From Polyangiaceae bacterium (GTDB lineage Bacteria; Myxococcota_A; Polyangia; Polyangiales; Polyangiaceae): a DNA stretch of 63,738 bases. This document shows positions 35,943 to 46,277 of this stretch, in pieces. The DNA is taken from contig JBGANF010000037.1 of assembly GCA_044222475.1 (NCBI GenBank), positions 1 to 63,738 on the forward strand, given 5' to 3'. The notes below the pieces were generated by a model, which was not told where the DNA came from, did not search any database, and saw only the letters and a list, made by a program, of their open reading frames with translations. Every line of letters starts with the position of its first letter. Positions within the stretch are counted from its first letter, which is position 1. Position numbers and translations under genes: made by a program.

Positions 35943-36530
35943 ATGCGCACCCCTTACTTCCTCTTCGCACTCCCGCTGCTCGTCTCGTGCGGCGGGACCG
36001 ATCCCAACGCCATCCCCACGAACGACGCGTCGACCGGCAACGACGGCACCGTCGCCGACTCGGCGACCGACGGCAACTCGACGAACGACGGCTCGCCGAG
36101 AGACGGCTCGACCAGCGACGGCCCCATCGCGACGGACGGCGGGATCGCCGACGGTTCGTCGAACCCCGGCCTGATCGATTGCATGAACGGCACCTGCACG
36201 GCCGGCTCGCAGGTGTGCTGTGTCTACCCACCCGACGGCGGATCGATCACACCGGATGCGAGTCTCACGCGCGCGTGCTCCGCGCCGCAGAGCTGTCCCG
36301 GTCCTCAGGTGCGCTGCGACGAGAAGGCCGACTGCCCCAACAACGGAGTGTGCTGCTTCACCAGCGGGACCGGCAGCGCCAGCCTCGGGACTCAGTGCGC
36401 TCCCAACTGCGGAAACGCAGTGCAGGTGTGCAAGACGAACCAGGAGTGCGGGGGCGGGAACTGCGGCACCTACAACTGCGGCCCGGCCGGCATCGTGCAC
36501 GCATGCTCGAAGCCGCTCGGCTGCAACTGA
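35943..36530 (+). CDS. Cys-rich lipoprotein
   Basis: Lipobox LVSC, D/G/T-rich linker, Cys-rich C-terminus. Confidence 0.78.
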   Translation: MRTPYFLFALPLLVSCGGTDPNAIPTNDASTGNDGTVADSATDGNSTNDGSPRDGSTSDGPIATDGGIADGSSNPGLIDCMNGTCTAGSQVCCVYPPDGGSITPDASLTRACSAPQSCPGPQVRCDEKADCPNNGVCCFTSGTGSASLGTQCAPNCGNAVQVCKTNQECGGGNCGTYNCGPAGIVHACSKPLGCN

Positions 36531-36547
36531 TCGCCCCGATCGCTACC

Positions 36548-38704
36548 TCAGTACTCGAAGCCGCTTCCGCCGATGAACTCCCGCAGGATCGAAGTCGGCG
36601 GGACGTGGTCGGGGTAGATCGTCACGAAGCGATCGAGCAAGTGCCGTAGCCGATACGCCGTCGTGAACGCCGGGTGATCTCCTGGCACTTCGAGGAGGTA
36701 CCGATCGGCGTACACCTTGATGACACTCATCTCGTAGACCAACGACGTGTCGAACACTGCGTCCGCGTTCGATTGGAACGGATAGATGTGGAGCTGCTCG
36801 CCCCGTCGCACGCTGGACCAGCGCGCGATGTTGTCGGCCGCCTTGTATCCCCGGCTGTGTCGATCGCGCACGATGCGACGCAGCAGCCGCACGTCCGTCG
36901 GCGACACCCTCGACAATCGATCGAACGGCAGCGACGTCGACGGGTGCACGAACACGTAGAAGATCTGATCCCGCGGCGCCGACGTGCCGAGGAGCTCCGG
37001 GTTCAAACCGTGGATCCCCTCGAGCACCAACACGTCGCTCGGTCCCAACCGGAGCTCTGGTCCACCGTCGGGGTGGCTCTTTCCGCTGAGGAAGTCGTAG
37101 CGCGCCGTCTTGACCGTCTCGCCCGCGAGGAGCTTCCTCACGTGTTTCTGGAGCAGATCGAGGTCGAGCGCGTAGAGCGACTCGTAGTCGTACTCGCCCG
37201 ATTCGTCGCGCGGGGTCTTCACTCGATCGATGTAGTAGTCGTCGAGCGACACGTTGACCGGGTGCACTCCGTCGATCTCGAGCTGCACCGTGAGCCGCTT
37301 GATGAACGTCGTCTTCCCGGACGACGACGGCCCGGCGATCCCGATCACGCGCACCTCTCCTTTTCGAGCTGCGATCGCGTCCGCCACTCGACCGATGCGC
37401 TTCTCGTGGAAGCCCTCCGCCGTGCGCAGGATGTCGCGCACCTTGCCGCTCACGCACGACTCGTTGAACGAGCCGACGCTGTCGATCCCCATCGAGGCGA
37501 GCCAGCGGTGGTTCTCGAGCACCATCTCGCCCCCGAAGCGCGGAGTCTTCACTTCGTGCTCGCGCGCGGATTTCGCGAGGTCGGCCGAGAAGAACGACGC
37601 CATCGGTTCGCCGAACTCGAGGAGGAGGCCTTCGGGGTGGGCGTGGAACCGGAAACCGCCGAGCGACGACGCATCCGGTAGAACCGGGCCACCCGAGATC
37701 GCTTTGACGCCGTCGATGCTCGTGAGCGACACCGTCGCCGCGCGCCAGGTGTGCAGGAGATCGACCGCGTCGGTCCAGCCGACGCGCTTGAAATAGCTGC
37801 GCGCTTCTTCGACGGTCCACAGCTCCTCGTGAAACGGAGTCTTCTCCTTCACGAAGCGATTCATCACGTGCTCGAGGCGCTTGGCGAGATCGTCGACGGG
37901 GCCGTCGACCTGGACGACGCGCGCCGTGCTCAGCGAGAGCCCAATTCGAACCCGCGCGTCCTCGCCGATCTCGCGCGCGGCCGCGAGCAAGAGCAGGCTC
38001 ACGCTGCGCCGGTGGATCTCGCGCCCGTCCCAGCTCGCCATCGTGATCGGCGCGACGTGCGCGTCGGACACGATCGGCGTCGTCAGGGACACGGGTCGCT
38101 GGTCGAGCAACCCGGCGACGACGCGTGCTCCTGCGACCTCGGCCGGGAGCACTGCGCGCACCGGGGTACCGGTGCTGATCTCGCCGATGTGCACCACGCC
38201 GTCGCTGCCGGCCGACGCGACGTCGACCCGAGTGTGACGCGGGAGCGAGCCCGCGCGGATGAGGAGCTCGACGGAGTCCGTCATCTTCACGAGCTCGTCA
38301 CCGAGCGACGACACGAGCGATTGCAGGAAGTGAACCGCGAGCAGCGGTCGGTCGGTCGCCATGTTCGTGTATCCTGCACGCGATAGGCGCAGGAGACGCA
38401 GCGTCGTCGCGGCGACGACCGTCGCGGCGCGCCGGCGGGTCGTCACGAGGGCGAGCTCTCCGAAGTGATCGCCGGGCGCGAGCGGGCGCAGCTCCAGCCC
38501 GGCGTGGCGCACCCGCGCCTCGCCCTGGAGGATGAAGTACATGAACTCGCCGTCGTCGCCCTCTTGCACCACTGCGGTGCCAGGCGTCACGGCGACCTCG
38601 TCGGCGTGATCGCAGAACGCAGCGCGGTCGGCGGCGCTCAGCTGCGCGAGGATGGTGTTCTTCCCAAGGGTTTCGAGGTCTTCGGGGGTAGGCACGCCGA
38701 GCAA
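36548..38704 (-). CDS. cNMP-binding domain fused to ThrRS-N-like/uridine-kinase-family nucleoside kinase
   Basis: QEGDDGEFMYFILQGEA...FGELAL...RRAATV (cNMP); IAGPSSSGKTT, SLDDYY, EGIHGLN, RRIVRD, SILREFIGGS. Confidence 0.88.
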   Translation of the reverse strand: MLGVPTPEDLETLGKNTILAQLSAADRAAFCDHADEVAVTPGTAVVQEGDDGEFMYFILQGEARVRHAGLELRPLAPGDHFGELALVTTRRRAATVVAATTLRLLRLSRAGYTNMATDRPLLAVHFLQSLVSSLGDELVKMTDSVELLIRAGSLPRHTRVDVASAGSDGVVHIGEISTGTPVRAVLPAEVAGARVVAGLLDQRPVSLTTPIVSDAHVAPITMASWDGREIHRRSVSLLLLAAAREIGEDARVRIGLSLSTARVVQVDGPVDDLAKRLEHVMNRFVKEKTPFHEELWTVEEARSYFKRVGWTDAVDLLHTWRAATVSLTSIDGVKAISGGPVLPDASSLGGFRFHAHPEGLLLEFGEPMASFFSADLAKSAREHEVKTPRFGGEMVLENHRWLASMGIDSVGSFNESCVSGKVRDILRTAEGFHEKRIGRVADAIAARKGEVRVIGIAGPSSSGKTTFIKRLTVQLEIDGVHPVNVSLDDYYIDRVKTPRDESGEYDYESLYALDLDLLQKHVRKLLAGETVKTARYDFLSGKSHPDGGPELRLGPSDVLVLEGIHGLNPELLGTSAPRDQIFYVFVHPSTSLPFDRLSRVSPTDVRLLRRIVRDRHSRGYKAADNIARWSSVRRGEQLHIYPFQSNADAVFDTSLVYEMSVIKVYADRYLLEVPGDHPAFTTAYRLRHLLDRFVTIYPDHVPPTSILREFIGGSGFEY

Positions 38705-38748
38705 TCTAGTCGTTTTCTTGGCCGGATTCGGAGCCTTCTCTTAGAGGT

Positions 38749-39471
38749 GTGGGAGAGGTGCCGGTCATGTGGTTTTTCACCAGCGTCGAGTTTCCGAGCG
38801 ACAACCAGGAGCTGTGGCGTGCCCACCCGCCCACGGTCGCCCTCGGACTCCTCGAAGCGCCGCCTCCCACGTCGATGCCGATGGAGGACATCGTCCTCGA
38901 GACGCTGACGCACACGCCGCCGATCGTCGAAGCGGCGACGGAAGAGGTGGCCGAAGAGGTCGAGGTCGAGGTCGTCGACGACTTCGAAGAGGAAGCGTTC
39001 GCCGACGCGATCGACGACTCGATCCGCCCGCCGCCGCCCGAGATCCCGGTCCCGCTCGAGTCGATGGTCGCGCCCAAGATGTCCGCCAGCGTGGCGTACC
39101 TCACCGCGCTGAAGGACGTGGCGGTCTCGTTCGGAGCGACGGCGGTGTTCGCCGAGACGCTCGACTCGGTCCTCGGTCACGAGCCGATGTGCGTCGACGA
39201 CGAGACCGGCGTCGACCTGGTCGCCAAGGGTCTCGCCGCGAAGTCGGCGAACGGCTTCGGCCCAGTCGACGAGATCGTCCGCGTCGCTGCCGCGTGGCAG
39301 AGCGCGTTCCGGGGAGACGAGCCCGACTTCAGCGTGTGCTCCCAGATGCTCGACGAGTGGTCGGCGAACCTCGTCGCGAAGCTGCTCGGCCGAAAAGAGC
39401 TGTTCGACGCCATCCGCCGCGAGCTTCGTTCGCGCGGGATCGCCGCGTTCGGCCTGCTCGAAGCGGCCTAG
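38749..39471 (+). CDS. Hypothetical protein with acidic N-terminus
   Basis: 240-aa ORF filling the gap between neighbouring genes; start uncertain. Confidence 0.6.
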   Translation: MGEVPVMWFFTSVEFPSDNQELWRAHPPTVALGLLEAPPPTSMPMEDIVLETLTHTPPIVEAATEEVAEEVEVEVVDDFEEEAFADAIDDSIRPPPPEIPVPLESMVAPKMSASVAYLTALKDVAVSFGATAVFAETLDSVLGHEPMCVDDETGVDLVAKGLAAKSANGFGPVDEIVRVAAAWQSAFRGDEPDFSVCSQMLDEWSANLVAKLLGRKELFDAIRRELRSRGIAAFGLLEAA

Positions 39472-39532
39472 CGCATCCCATGCCACCGAACTGCCTACGG
39501 ACGCCACCTCGCGCGGTTCGTAGCCTGAGAGG

Positions 39533-41533
39533 ATGAAGCGTACTTTCGTCTTCGGCGGACTCGCGTCTCTGGTGGTCTTCGGTTGCAGCATGACGCCGGT
39601 GAGCGACGAGGCGACGACGTCCAAGTCGCAGGGGATGGGCACGGCCATCTACGTCGACTGCGCCAACGGCAAAGACACGCTTCCCGGGACGGTGGTCGCG
39701 CCAGTCCGATCCATCCGCAAGGCGATGGAGCTCGTACAAGACTGGGGCGCGATCTACATTCGTCCCGGCATCTGCACGGAGCGGGTCGACGTCACCAAGT
39801 CGAACATCCTGATCACGCGTGACCCCGCGTCGTCCGGCGTCGTCGAGATCGCCGGCAACACGCCGATCAGGCTCGACTACACCAACGTCGCCGCGTGCGA
39901 TCCCGCCGCGCCGAGTGGCAACCGCGCCTGCAACGAGGCCGCACGAGACCGGTTCAGCACCTTCGACCTCTACGACGTTCACGACGTCACGATCAGCGGG
40001 CTGACGATCACGCAGGATCAGAACGTCTACTGCCCGGCGGACACCCCCTCCAGCGGCTGCAAGTTCGAGAGCTACTATCCGACGGAGACGGTGCCGAGCG
40101 TCCAGGAGTTCGGCGAGTACTTCCAGCAGACGTGCATCACCGAGGGCAACACCTGCGAAGAGCGACCGACGCCGAGCGCTGGCTACACCGGTCTCACGTC
40201 GGGCTGCTGCATCATCCCGCACCCTGGTGAGCCGGAAGAAGTGGTCTGCACCGCGCCGTACGGCATTCCCAACGCAAAGGAAGCACCGCCACACGTGTGC
40301 GGGCGGCCCCTGAAGTTCATCGCCGGAATCAGCATCCAGGGCGCCTCGCGCGCGATCCGGATCGACGGCAACGACATCACGCGGATCAAGCGCGGCGACC
40401 GGACCAAGTGGATCACCGCTGCGCTCCCGATCATGGTCAACTCGCGCGAGAGCGACGCACGAATCGTCCAAGACATCCACGTCACGAACAACAAGATTCA
40501 CGACCTCGTCGCTCACGACATCGACGGGAACACGTTCGGAGGGCTCCTCGTCATCGCGAGCGACAACGTCGACGGCTTCGAGGTCGGCAACAACACGATC
40601 TCGAACGTCGGTGGCGCGATCTCACCCAACGGCAACTACGCGTGGGCGCAGCAAGGGCCGGAAGGTCCGCACCTGTCGGACCCCTACGATCGCGTGCGCA
40701 ACAGCTGGATTCACGACAACCGCATCACGAAGACCTCGAACTACGCGATCTACCTCGACGGCCCCCAACGCGCGTTGATCGAGCGAAACCTGATCCTCGA
40801 CTCATGGGCCGGAATCGGCGTCGTGACCGAGGTGCGCCGCGACGACTCGAACGGCAAGCCACTCCCTGGCACGCTGACGAGCGACGTGTGGATTCGCGAC
40901 AACGTCGTCGCAACGACGGGGGTCGACGTCAATGGGCTCAACGGGTTCCAAGCGCTCGCCGTCGGCATGTGGCTCACCGCCAGCGATCGGCCGGCCTACA
41001 ACCCGGTGAACGACGTCGTCGTGACGAACAACACGTTCGTCCTGTCGGATCTCCCGGCGACCCTCCCGGAGAAGAAGGGTTTCACGGTGAACATGCTCCC
41101 GGGCATCCGCGGTGAGTCGGCGTTTCGGGGCAACATCGTCGCTCACTACCTTGGCAGCGCGGCGAGCGTCACGACAGGCACCGCCTTCCCGAGCGCGGTG
41201 GGATACGAGTACGGGCTCTTCTACGCGACGGCCGGGTCCGCGGTCCTTCGCGATGGCGTGGCTTCCAACCCAGCGGCCATCGGCGACGCCAACGGCTTCG
41301 TCGCCAACCCCGTGTTCAACGGTCCGCTGTCCTCGATCGACGGGTTCCACATCCTCGGGAACTCGCCGGCGCGAAACCGGATCCCCACCGCATCCCTACC
41401 GGTTCCGAGCTGGGCGACGGGGAGCCCCTTCACCGCCAGCGAGCTCGACGCCTACGGCGGAGTGCGCCGGTGCGGCTCGTTGGTCGACATCGGAGGTGAC
41501 GAGAACACGCCGTGGTCGAGCTGCGGTCCGTGA
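39533..41533 (+). CDS. Lipoprotein with right-handed parallel beta-helix repeats
   Basis: Lipobox VFGC; IYVD...GKD...PVRSI...IYIRPG; repeats such as NNKIHD, NNTIS, DNRIT, AIYLDG; C-terminal VDIGGDE. Confidence 0.82.
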   Translation: MKRTFVFGGLASLVVFGCSMTPVSDEATTSKSQGMGTAIYVDCANGKDTLPGTVVAPVRSIRKAMELVQDWGAIYIRPGICTERVDVTKSNILITRDPASSGVVEIAGNTPIRLDYTNVAACDPAAPSGNRACNEAARDRFSTFDLYDVHDVTISGLTITQDQNVYCPADTPSSGCKFESYYPTETVPSVQEFGEYFQQTCITEGNTCEERPTPSAGYTGLTSGCCIIPHPGEPEEVVCTAPYGIPNAKEAPPHVCGRPLKFIAGISIQGASRAIRIDGNDITRIKRGDRTKWITAALPIMVNSRESDARIVQDIHVTNNKIHDLVAHDIDGNTFGGLLVIASDNVDGFEVGNNTISNVGGAISPNGNYAWAQQGPEGPHLSDPYDRVRNSWIHDNRITKTSNYAIYLDGPQRALIERNLILDSWAGIGVVTEVRRDDSNGKPLPGTLTSDVWIRDNVVATTGVDVNGLNGFQALAVGMWLTASDRPAYNPVNDVVVTNNTFVLSDLPATLPEKKGFTVNMLPGIRGESAFRGNIVAHYLGSAASVTTGTAFPSAVGYEYGLFYATAGSAVLRDGVASNPAAIGDANGFVANPVFNGPLSSIDGFHILGNSPARNRIPTASLPVPSWATGSPFTASELDAYGGVRRCGSLVDIGGDENTPWSSCGP

Positions 41534-41550
41534 CCGCGCCTCTCACCACG

Positions 41551-43155
41551 TCACCACGCGTGGTCTTTGTACTTGTCGCGCAGCTCCCGCTTGAGGAACT
41601 TCCCGGCGCTCGTGCGCGGGATCGCGTCGACGAAGACGACGCCATCGGGGATCCACCACTTCGCGACCTTGGTGGCGATCCAGTCTTTGATCTCCTGCTC
41701 GGTGACGTTCACGCCGTCCTTCTTCACGCAGACCGCGAGCGGGCGTTCGTCCCACTTGGGGTGCGGCACGGCGATCACGCACGCCTCCTTCAGTGAAGGG
41801 TGACCCATCAGCAAGTTCTCGAGATCGACCGAGCTGATCCACTCGCCGCCGCTCTTGATGAGGTCCTTCGTGCGATCGGTGATGCGCATGCGGCCGCCCT
41901 CGTCGAGGGTGGCGACGTCACCGGTCTTGAACCACCCGTCCTTCGTCCACCGGTCCTGCGCCTCGGGCATCTCGTGGTACGAGCCCGCGATCCACGCGCC
42001 GCGCACCTCGAGCTCGCCCGGGGTCTTGCCGTCGTTGGGTGCCTCGCCCTTGTCGCCCATGACGCGCAGCTCGATGAACGGAGCCGGCACGCCCTGGGTC
42101 GCGCGCAGCGCGTAACGCTCGTCCTCGCTCTCGATCCCCGGCGGCACGAGGCTGACGGTACCGAGCGGGGACGTCTCGGTCATGCCCCAGGCGTGGATGA
42201 TGCGCAGGCCGAACTTGTCGAACGCGCGGATCATGCTCTCCGGCGCGGCGGAGCCGCCGACGACCATGCGCAGCCCGTCGTGCAGCTTCCAACGCTTCGG
42301 CTCCTTCTCGAGCGCCTGAAGGATGCCCATCCAGATCGTGGGCACGCCGGCCGCGACCGTGACCTTCTCTTGCTCGAACAAGTCGAGCAGGCTCACGGCA
42401 TCGAGGTGCGGGCCCGGCATTACCAATTTGGTACCGAGCATCATCGCCGCGTACGGAAGGCCCCACGCGTTGACGTGGAACATCGGCACGACCGGCAGCA
42501 GAGTGTCGCTGCGGGACAGCGACAGCATGTCGGTCAGGCCGACGCAGAACGAGTGGAGCGTGGTCGTGCGGTGCGAGTAGACGACGCCCTTCGGATGACC
42601 CGTCGTGCCGGACGTGTAACACATGCCGCACGGGTCCTCTTCGGCGAGGGCGGGGAGCGCCGTGTCCTTCGGGGCGTTGGCGAGCACCTGCTCGTAGTCG
42701 AGGAACGGTGCGGGGACCGGCTGCCCGGTGAGCGGCACGACGATCACCTTCTCGAACGGGGCCTTCTCGAGGAACTTCTGCGCAAGCGGGAGGAGCACGT
42801 CGTCGACGATGACGAAGCGATCCTTCGCGTGCGTCGCGATGAAGCAGATGTCGTCGGGGTGGAGACGAAGGTTCAACGTGTGGAGCACGCCGCCCGCGAG
42901 CGGGATGCCGAAGTACGTCTCGAGGTGCGCGTAGTGGTTCCACCCGAGGGTCGCCACGCGGTCGCCCTTCTTCAGGCCCATCGCGACGAGAGCGCGCGCG
43001 AAGGCTTCGGCTCGCCCCGACGTGTGGGAGAAGCTCTGACGTACGACCTCCTTGGTCGGCTTGCGCGTCACGACCTCGGTCGACGCGTAGTGGCGCCGTG
43101 CGCGGTCGAAGATGGTTCGCAGCGTCAGCTCGTAGCGCATCATCGTGTGGATCAT
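41551..43155 (-). CDS. Acyl-CoA synthetase (medium/long-chain fatty acid--CoA ligase, AlkK/DmdB type)
   Basis: [57 protein letters not shown]. Confidence 0.93.
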   Translation of the reverse strand: MIHTMMRYELTLRTIFDRARRHYASTEVVTRKPTKEVVRQSFSHTSGRAEAFARALVAMGLKKGDRVATLGWNHYAHLETYFGIPLAGGVLHTLNLRLHPDDICFIATHAKDRFVIVDDVLLPLAQKFLEKAPFEKVIVVPLTGQPVPAPFLDYEQVLANAPKDTALPALAEEDPCGMCYTSGTTGHPKGVVYSHRTTTLHSFCVGLTDMLSLSRSDTLLPVVPMFHVNAWGLPYAAMMLGTKLVMPGPHLDAVSLLDLFEQEKVTVAAGVPTIWMGILQALEKEPKRWKLHDGLRMVVGGSAAPESMIRAFDKFGLRIIHAWGMTETSPLGTVSLVPPGIESEDERYALRATQGVPAPFIELRVMGDKGEAPNDGKTPGELEVRGAWIAGSYHEMPEAQDRWTKDGWFKTGDVATLDEGGRMRITDRTKDLIKSGGEWISSVDLENLLMGHPSLKEACVIAVPHPKWDERPLAVCVKKDGVNVTEQEIKDWIATKVAKWWIPDGVVFVDAIPRTSAGKFLKRELRDKYKDHAW

Positions 43156-43254
43156 GGCGCGGGAGCATAACCGAACTTTTTGCCGTCAGAATCCCCCGCC
43201 GGGGGAGTCCTCGAAGGGCATGTTCGGTCGAGGATTTCGCACTACGATGACGCG

Positions 43255-44838
43255 ATGAGCATCTCGGCGCTGGAAGGGGGAGCGGTCTTCGCGGGCGACT
43301 ATCGCGTCGTCCGTCCGCTCAGCGCCGGTGGGATGGGGGCGGTGTACGTCGCACTCCAGAAGTCGACCGGCAAGCTCCGAGCGTTGAAGCTGATGCACCC
43401 TCAGCTCGCCGCGAGCGACGAGGCGCGCCGCCGGTTCGAGCAGGAAGCGCAGATCGGCGCTCGCATCGAGAGCGAGCACATCGTCGAGGTCCAGGCGGCC
43501 GGCGTCGACGCGGCGACGAACGCACCGTTCCTGGTGATGGAGCTCCTCGAAGGCGAAGACCTCGCGCGCATCGTCGCGCGACGCGGCGCGCTCACTCCGG
43601 CCGAGGTCGCGACCGTGTTCGATCAGCTCGGGCACGCGATGCGCGCCGCGCACGCCGCCGGGATCGTGCATCGGGACCTCAAGCCGGAGAACGTGTTCCT
43701 CGCGCGCGCCCACCGCGCGGGCTCGGCGTTCACGTTGAAGGTGCTCGACTTCGGGATCGCCAAGCTCGTCGCCGAAGGGGGAGGGCTCTCCACCGCGGCG
43801 ATCGGGTCGCCGATGTGGCTCGCCCCGGAGCAGACCGAGCGCGTCCCGGTCACGCCGGCGACCGACGTGTGGGCGATCGGGCTCCTCGCGTATTTTCTCC
43901 TCGTCGGCAAATCGTACTGGCGTGCTGCCAACGTGGCGACGCCGTCGGTGGCGAACCTCCTCCGCGAGATCCTCGTCGACCCGCTCGACCCGGCGACGAC
44001 TCGCGCCAAAGAGCACGAGCGAGAGCTGCCGGCGGACTTCGACGCATGGTTCGAGCGATGTGTCGCGCGCGACGCTGCGTCTCGCTTCCACGACGCGGGG
44101 GAAGCGTGCGCCGAGCTCATGAAGATCCTCCCGGCGCCGAGCACCACGTTGCCCACGTCGCTCGTCGTGTTCACCGCGCCGGGCACGGCGAAGCCGGATC
44201 CGTTCGCGGCGACCGAAGCGAGCGGCGGCCTCGACGGGACGCCTGCACCGACGACGACCCCGACGGCGACGCGTCCGCGGCGGCGTATCGTCGAGGGCGC
44301 GATCGGGCTCGTCGTCCTCGCCATCGTGGGTTTCTTCGTGGTGCGCTCGCGCCATCACGACGACGCGGTCGCCGCCCCGTCGCCCCGTCCGTCCGCCACC
44401 GTCGAGCCGCCTCCGGTGGTCCTCTCCGATTCGGCCGAGCAGCTCGCGCCGCTCACGTCGCTCGCACCCGCGTCGACCAGCGAACGAGCGCCGCCGCCGC
44501 GCGGCAAGGCCGACGTGATCGGCGTCAACCCGTCGCAGTCGAGCGGAACCACGAGCACGAAGGGCGCGTGCGATTGTCCGCCCGGTGATCCCATGTGCAC
44601 CTGCGCGGAGACGAAGCCGAGCGCGGCCGAGCCACGCGAGAGCCGCCTCGGCGAAGCCCAGAAGCTCGCCGGCGCCGGCGACCTCGATGGCGCGAAGCGC
44701 GTCCTGCTCCCGCGTATCGAGTCGAAGAAGGCGACGCGCGCGGAGCGGACGTTCCTCGCCGGCGTGTGCGCGCAGCTCCGCGATCGGGCGTGTCTCGATC
44801 AACTCCAGAAGACCGGCGGGCCAGGCGCCGGCCAATGA
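43255..44838 (+). CDS. Ser/Thr protein kinase with TM and CDCPPGDPMCTC motif
   Basis: AGGMGAVY, ALK, HRDLKPEN, DFGIAK, APE. Confidence 0.93.
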   Translation: MSISALEGGAVFAGDYRVVRPLSAGGMGAVYVALQKSTGKLRALKLMHPQLAASDEARRRFEQEAQIGARIESEHIVEVQAAGVDAATNAPFLVMELLEGEDLARIVARRGALTPAEVATVFDQLGHAMRAAHAAGIVHRDLKPENVFLARAHRAGSAFTLKVLDFGIAKLVAEGGGLSTAAIGSPMWLAPEQTERVPVTPATDVWAIGLLAYFLLVGKSYWRAANVATPSVANLLREILVDPLDPATTRAKEHERELPADFDAWFERCVARDAASRFHDAGEACAELMKILPAPSTTLPTSLVVFTAPGTAKPDPFAATEASGGLDGTPAPTTTPTATRPRRRIVEGAIGLVVLAIVGFFVVRSRHHDDAVAAPSPRPSATVEPPPVVLSDSAEQLAPLTSLAPASTSERAPPPRGKADVIGVNPSQSSGTTSTKGACDCPPGDPMCTCAETKPSAAEPRESRLGEAQKLAGAGDLDGAKRVLLPRIESKKATRAERTFLAGVCAQLRDRACLDQLQKTGGPGAGQ

Positions 44839-46274
44839 GCGTTCTCGCGGAAGGAACGCTCTTCGCCGGTGACTACAAAGTGGTCCGGCCGCTGAGCGCG
44901 GGCGGGATGGGCGCGGTGTACGTGGTCGAGCAGCTCTCCACCGGCAAGCGGCGGGCGCTCAAGCTCATGCACCCTCAGCTCGCGGCGAGCGAAGAGGCGC
45001 GAACGCGCTTCGAGCGCGAAGCCAAGATCGGAGCGCGGATCGACAGCGAGCACGTCGTCGAAGTGCAAGCCGCCGGCGTCGATGCCGCGACGGGCTCGCC
45101 CTACCTCGTGATGGAGCTCCTCGACGGCGAGGACCTCGCCGCGTCGGTCGAGCGTCGAGGTGCGTTGCCCGTGCGAGAGGTCGCGGAGCTCTTCGAGCAG
45201 CTCGGGCACGCGCTGGAGCGCGCGCACGCGGCCGGCGTGATCCATCGGGATCTCAAGCCCGAGAACCTGTTCCTCGGCCGCGCTCGGCGGTCGGGCGTGG
45301 CGTTCACGGTGAAGATCCTCGATTTCGGGATCGCGAAGCTCCTCGAAGAAGGCGGAACGAAATCGACGAACGCGATCGGAACGCCGATGTGGCTCGCGCC
45401 GGAGCAGACCGAGCGCGTCGCCGTCACTCCCGCGGCGGACGTGTGGGCGCTGGGGCTCATCGCCTACTACTGCCTCACTGGTCAGTCGTACTGGCGCGCG
45501 GCGGCGAGCCCGAACGGGACCGTGACTCAGCTGCTGCGCGAGATCCTGAACGACCCGTTGCCGTCGGCCTCGTCGCGCGCGGCGGAGTCGGGGCGGACGC
45601 TCCCCACCGGGTTCGATGCGTGGTTCGCGCGGGCCGTCGATCGCGATCCCAAGGCGCGCTACGCGGACGCGAGCGCGGCGATCCCCGCGCTCCTCGAGAC
45701 GCTGGGGAAGGCGGCGAGTCACTCTCCGGCTGCGTTCGCCGCGACCGAGCTGCAGCCGGCGCAGGCGCCCGCGGCTCCGGCGCCTGTGGGAGCGCTGCGT
45801 GTGGTGGGCGTGATCGTCGCGCTATGCGTGGTCGGAGGGGGCGTGTGGTTCGCGCTTCACCGATCGCAGCAGCCTTCCGTGATCGCCGACACCGCTTCCG
45901 CTTCCGCTTCCGCTTCCGCTTCCGCTTCCGCTACCGCTACCGCTTCCGCTTCCGCTTCCGCCGCCGCTCGTCCGGCTCCACCAGCGAGCTCCGTTCCGAC
46001 GAAATCGGACAAGCCCTTCGACCCCGACGCCGCCGTCGCCGCGCTCGCGAAGGCCAACATCGACACCTGCGGCACGATCAAGGCCGAAGGCAAGATCGAC
46101 ATCACCTTCGAGCCCGACGGTACGGTCTCGTCCGCGCGGTTCGTCGGTGACAACCCCGTCGTTGGTACCAAAATGGGACAATGTATCTTGGAGCGATATC
46201 AGAAGGTGAGGATCCCGCCATTCGCCGGCGACGCCGTCACCAAGCACAAGGCGTTCAAGACGCACATGGAGTGA
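44835..46274 (+). CDS. Ser/Thr protein kinase with TM and TonB-C-like C-terminus
   Basis: Same kinase motifs; ATGA coupling; C-terminal GKIDITFEPDGTV...GQCI...IPPFAG. Confidence 0.92.
   Translation: MSVLAEGTLFAGDYKVVRPLSAGGMGAVYVVEQLSTGKRRALKLMHPQLAASEEARTRFEREAKIGARIDSEHVVEVQAAGVDAATGSPYLVMELLDGEDLAASVERRGALPVREVAELFEQLGHALERAHAAGVIHRDLKPENLFLGRARRSGVAFTVKILDFGIAKLLEEGGTKSTNAIGTPMWLAPEQTERVAVTPAADVWALGLIAYYCLTGQSYWRAAASPNGTVTQLLREILNDPLPSASSRAAESGRTLPTGFDAWFARAVDRDPKARYADASAAIPALLETLGKAASHSPAAFAATELQPAQAPAAPAPVGALRVVGVIVALCVVGGGVWFALHRSQQPSVIADTASASASASASASATATASASASAAARPAPPASSVPTKSDKPFDPDAAVAALAKANIDTCGTIKAEGKIDITFEPDGTVSSARFVGDNPVVGTKMGQCILERYQKVRIPPFAGDAVTKHKAFKTHME
45894..45959 (+). repeat. 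Hexamer microsatellite (GCTTCC)6(GCTACC)2(GCTTCC)3
   Basis: 11 units read directly; encodes an AS/AT linker. Confidence 0.9.
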
Positions 46275-46277
46275 TCG

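Noticed and set aside
45894..45959. Microsatellite as a phase-variation switch
   Set aside because: Six-base units keep the frame; it would only change linker length, and such linkers are common in these kinases.
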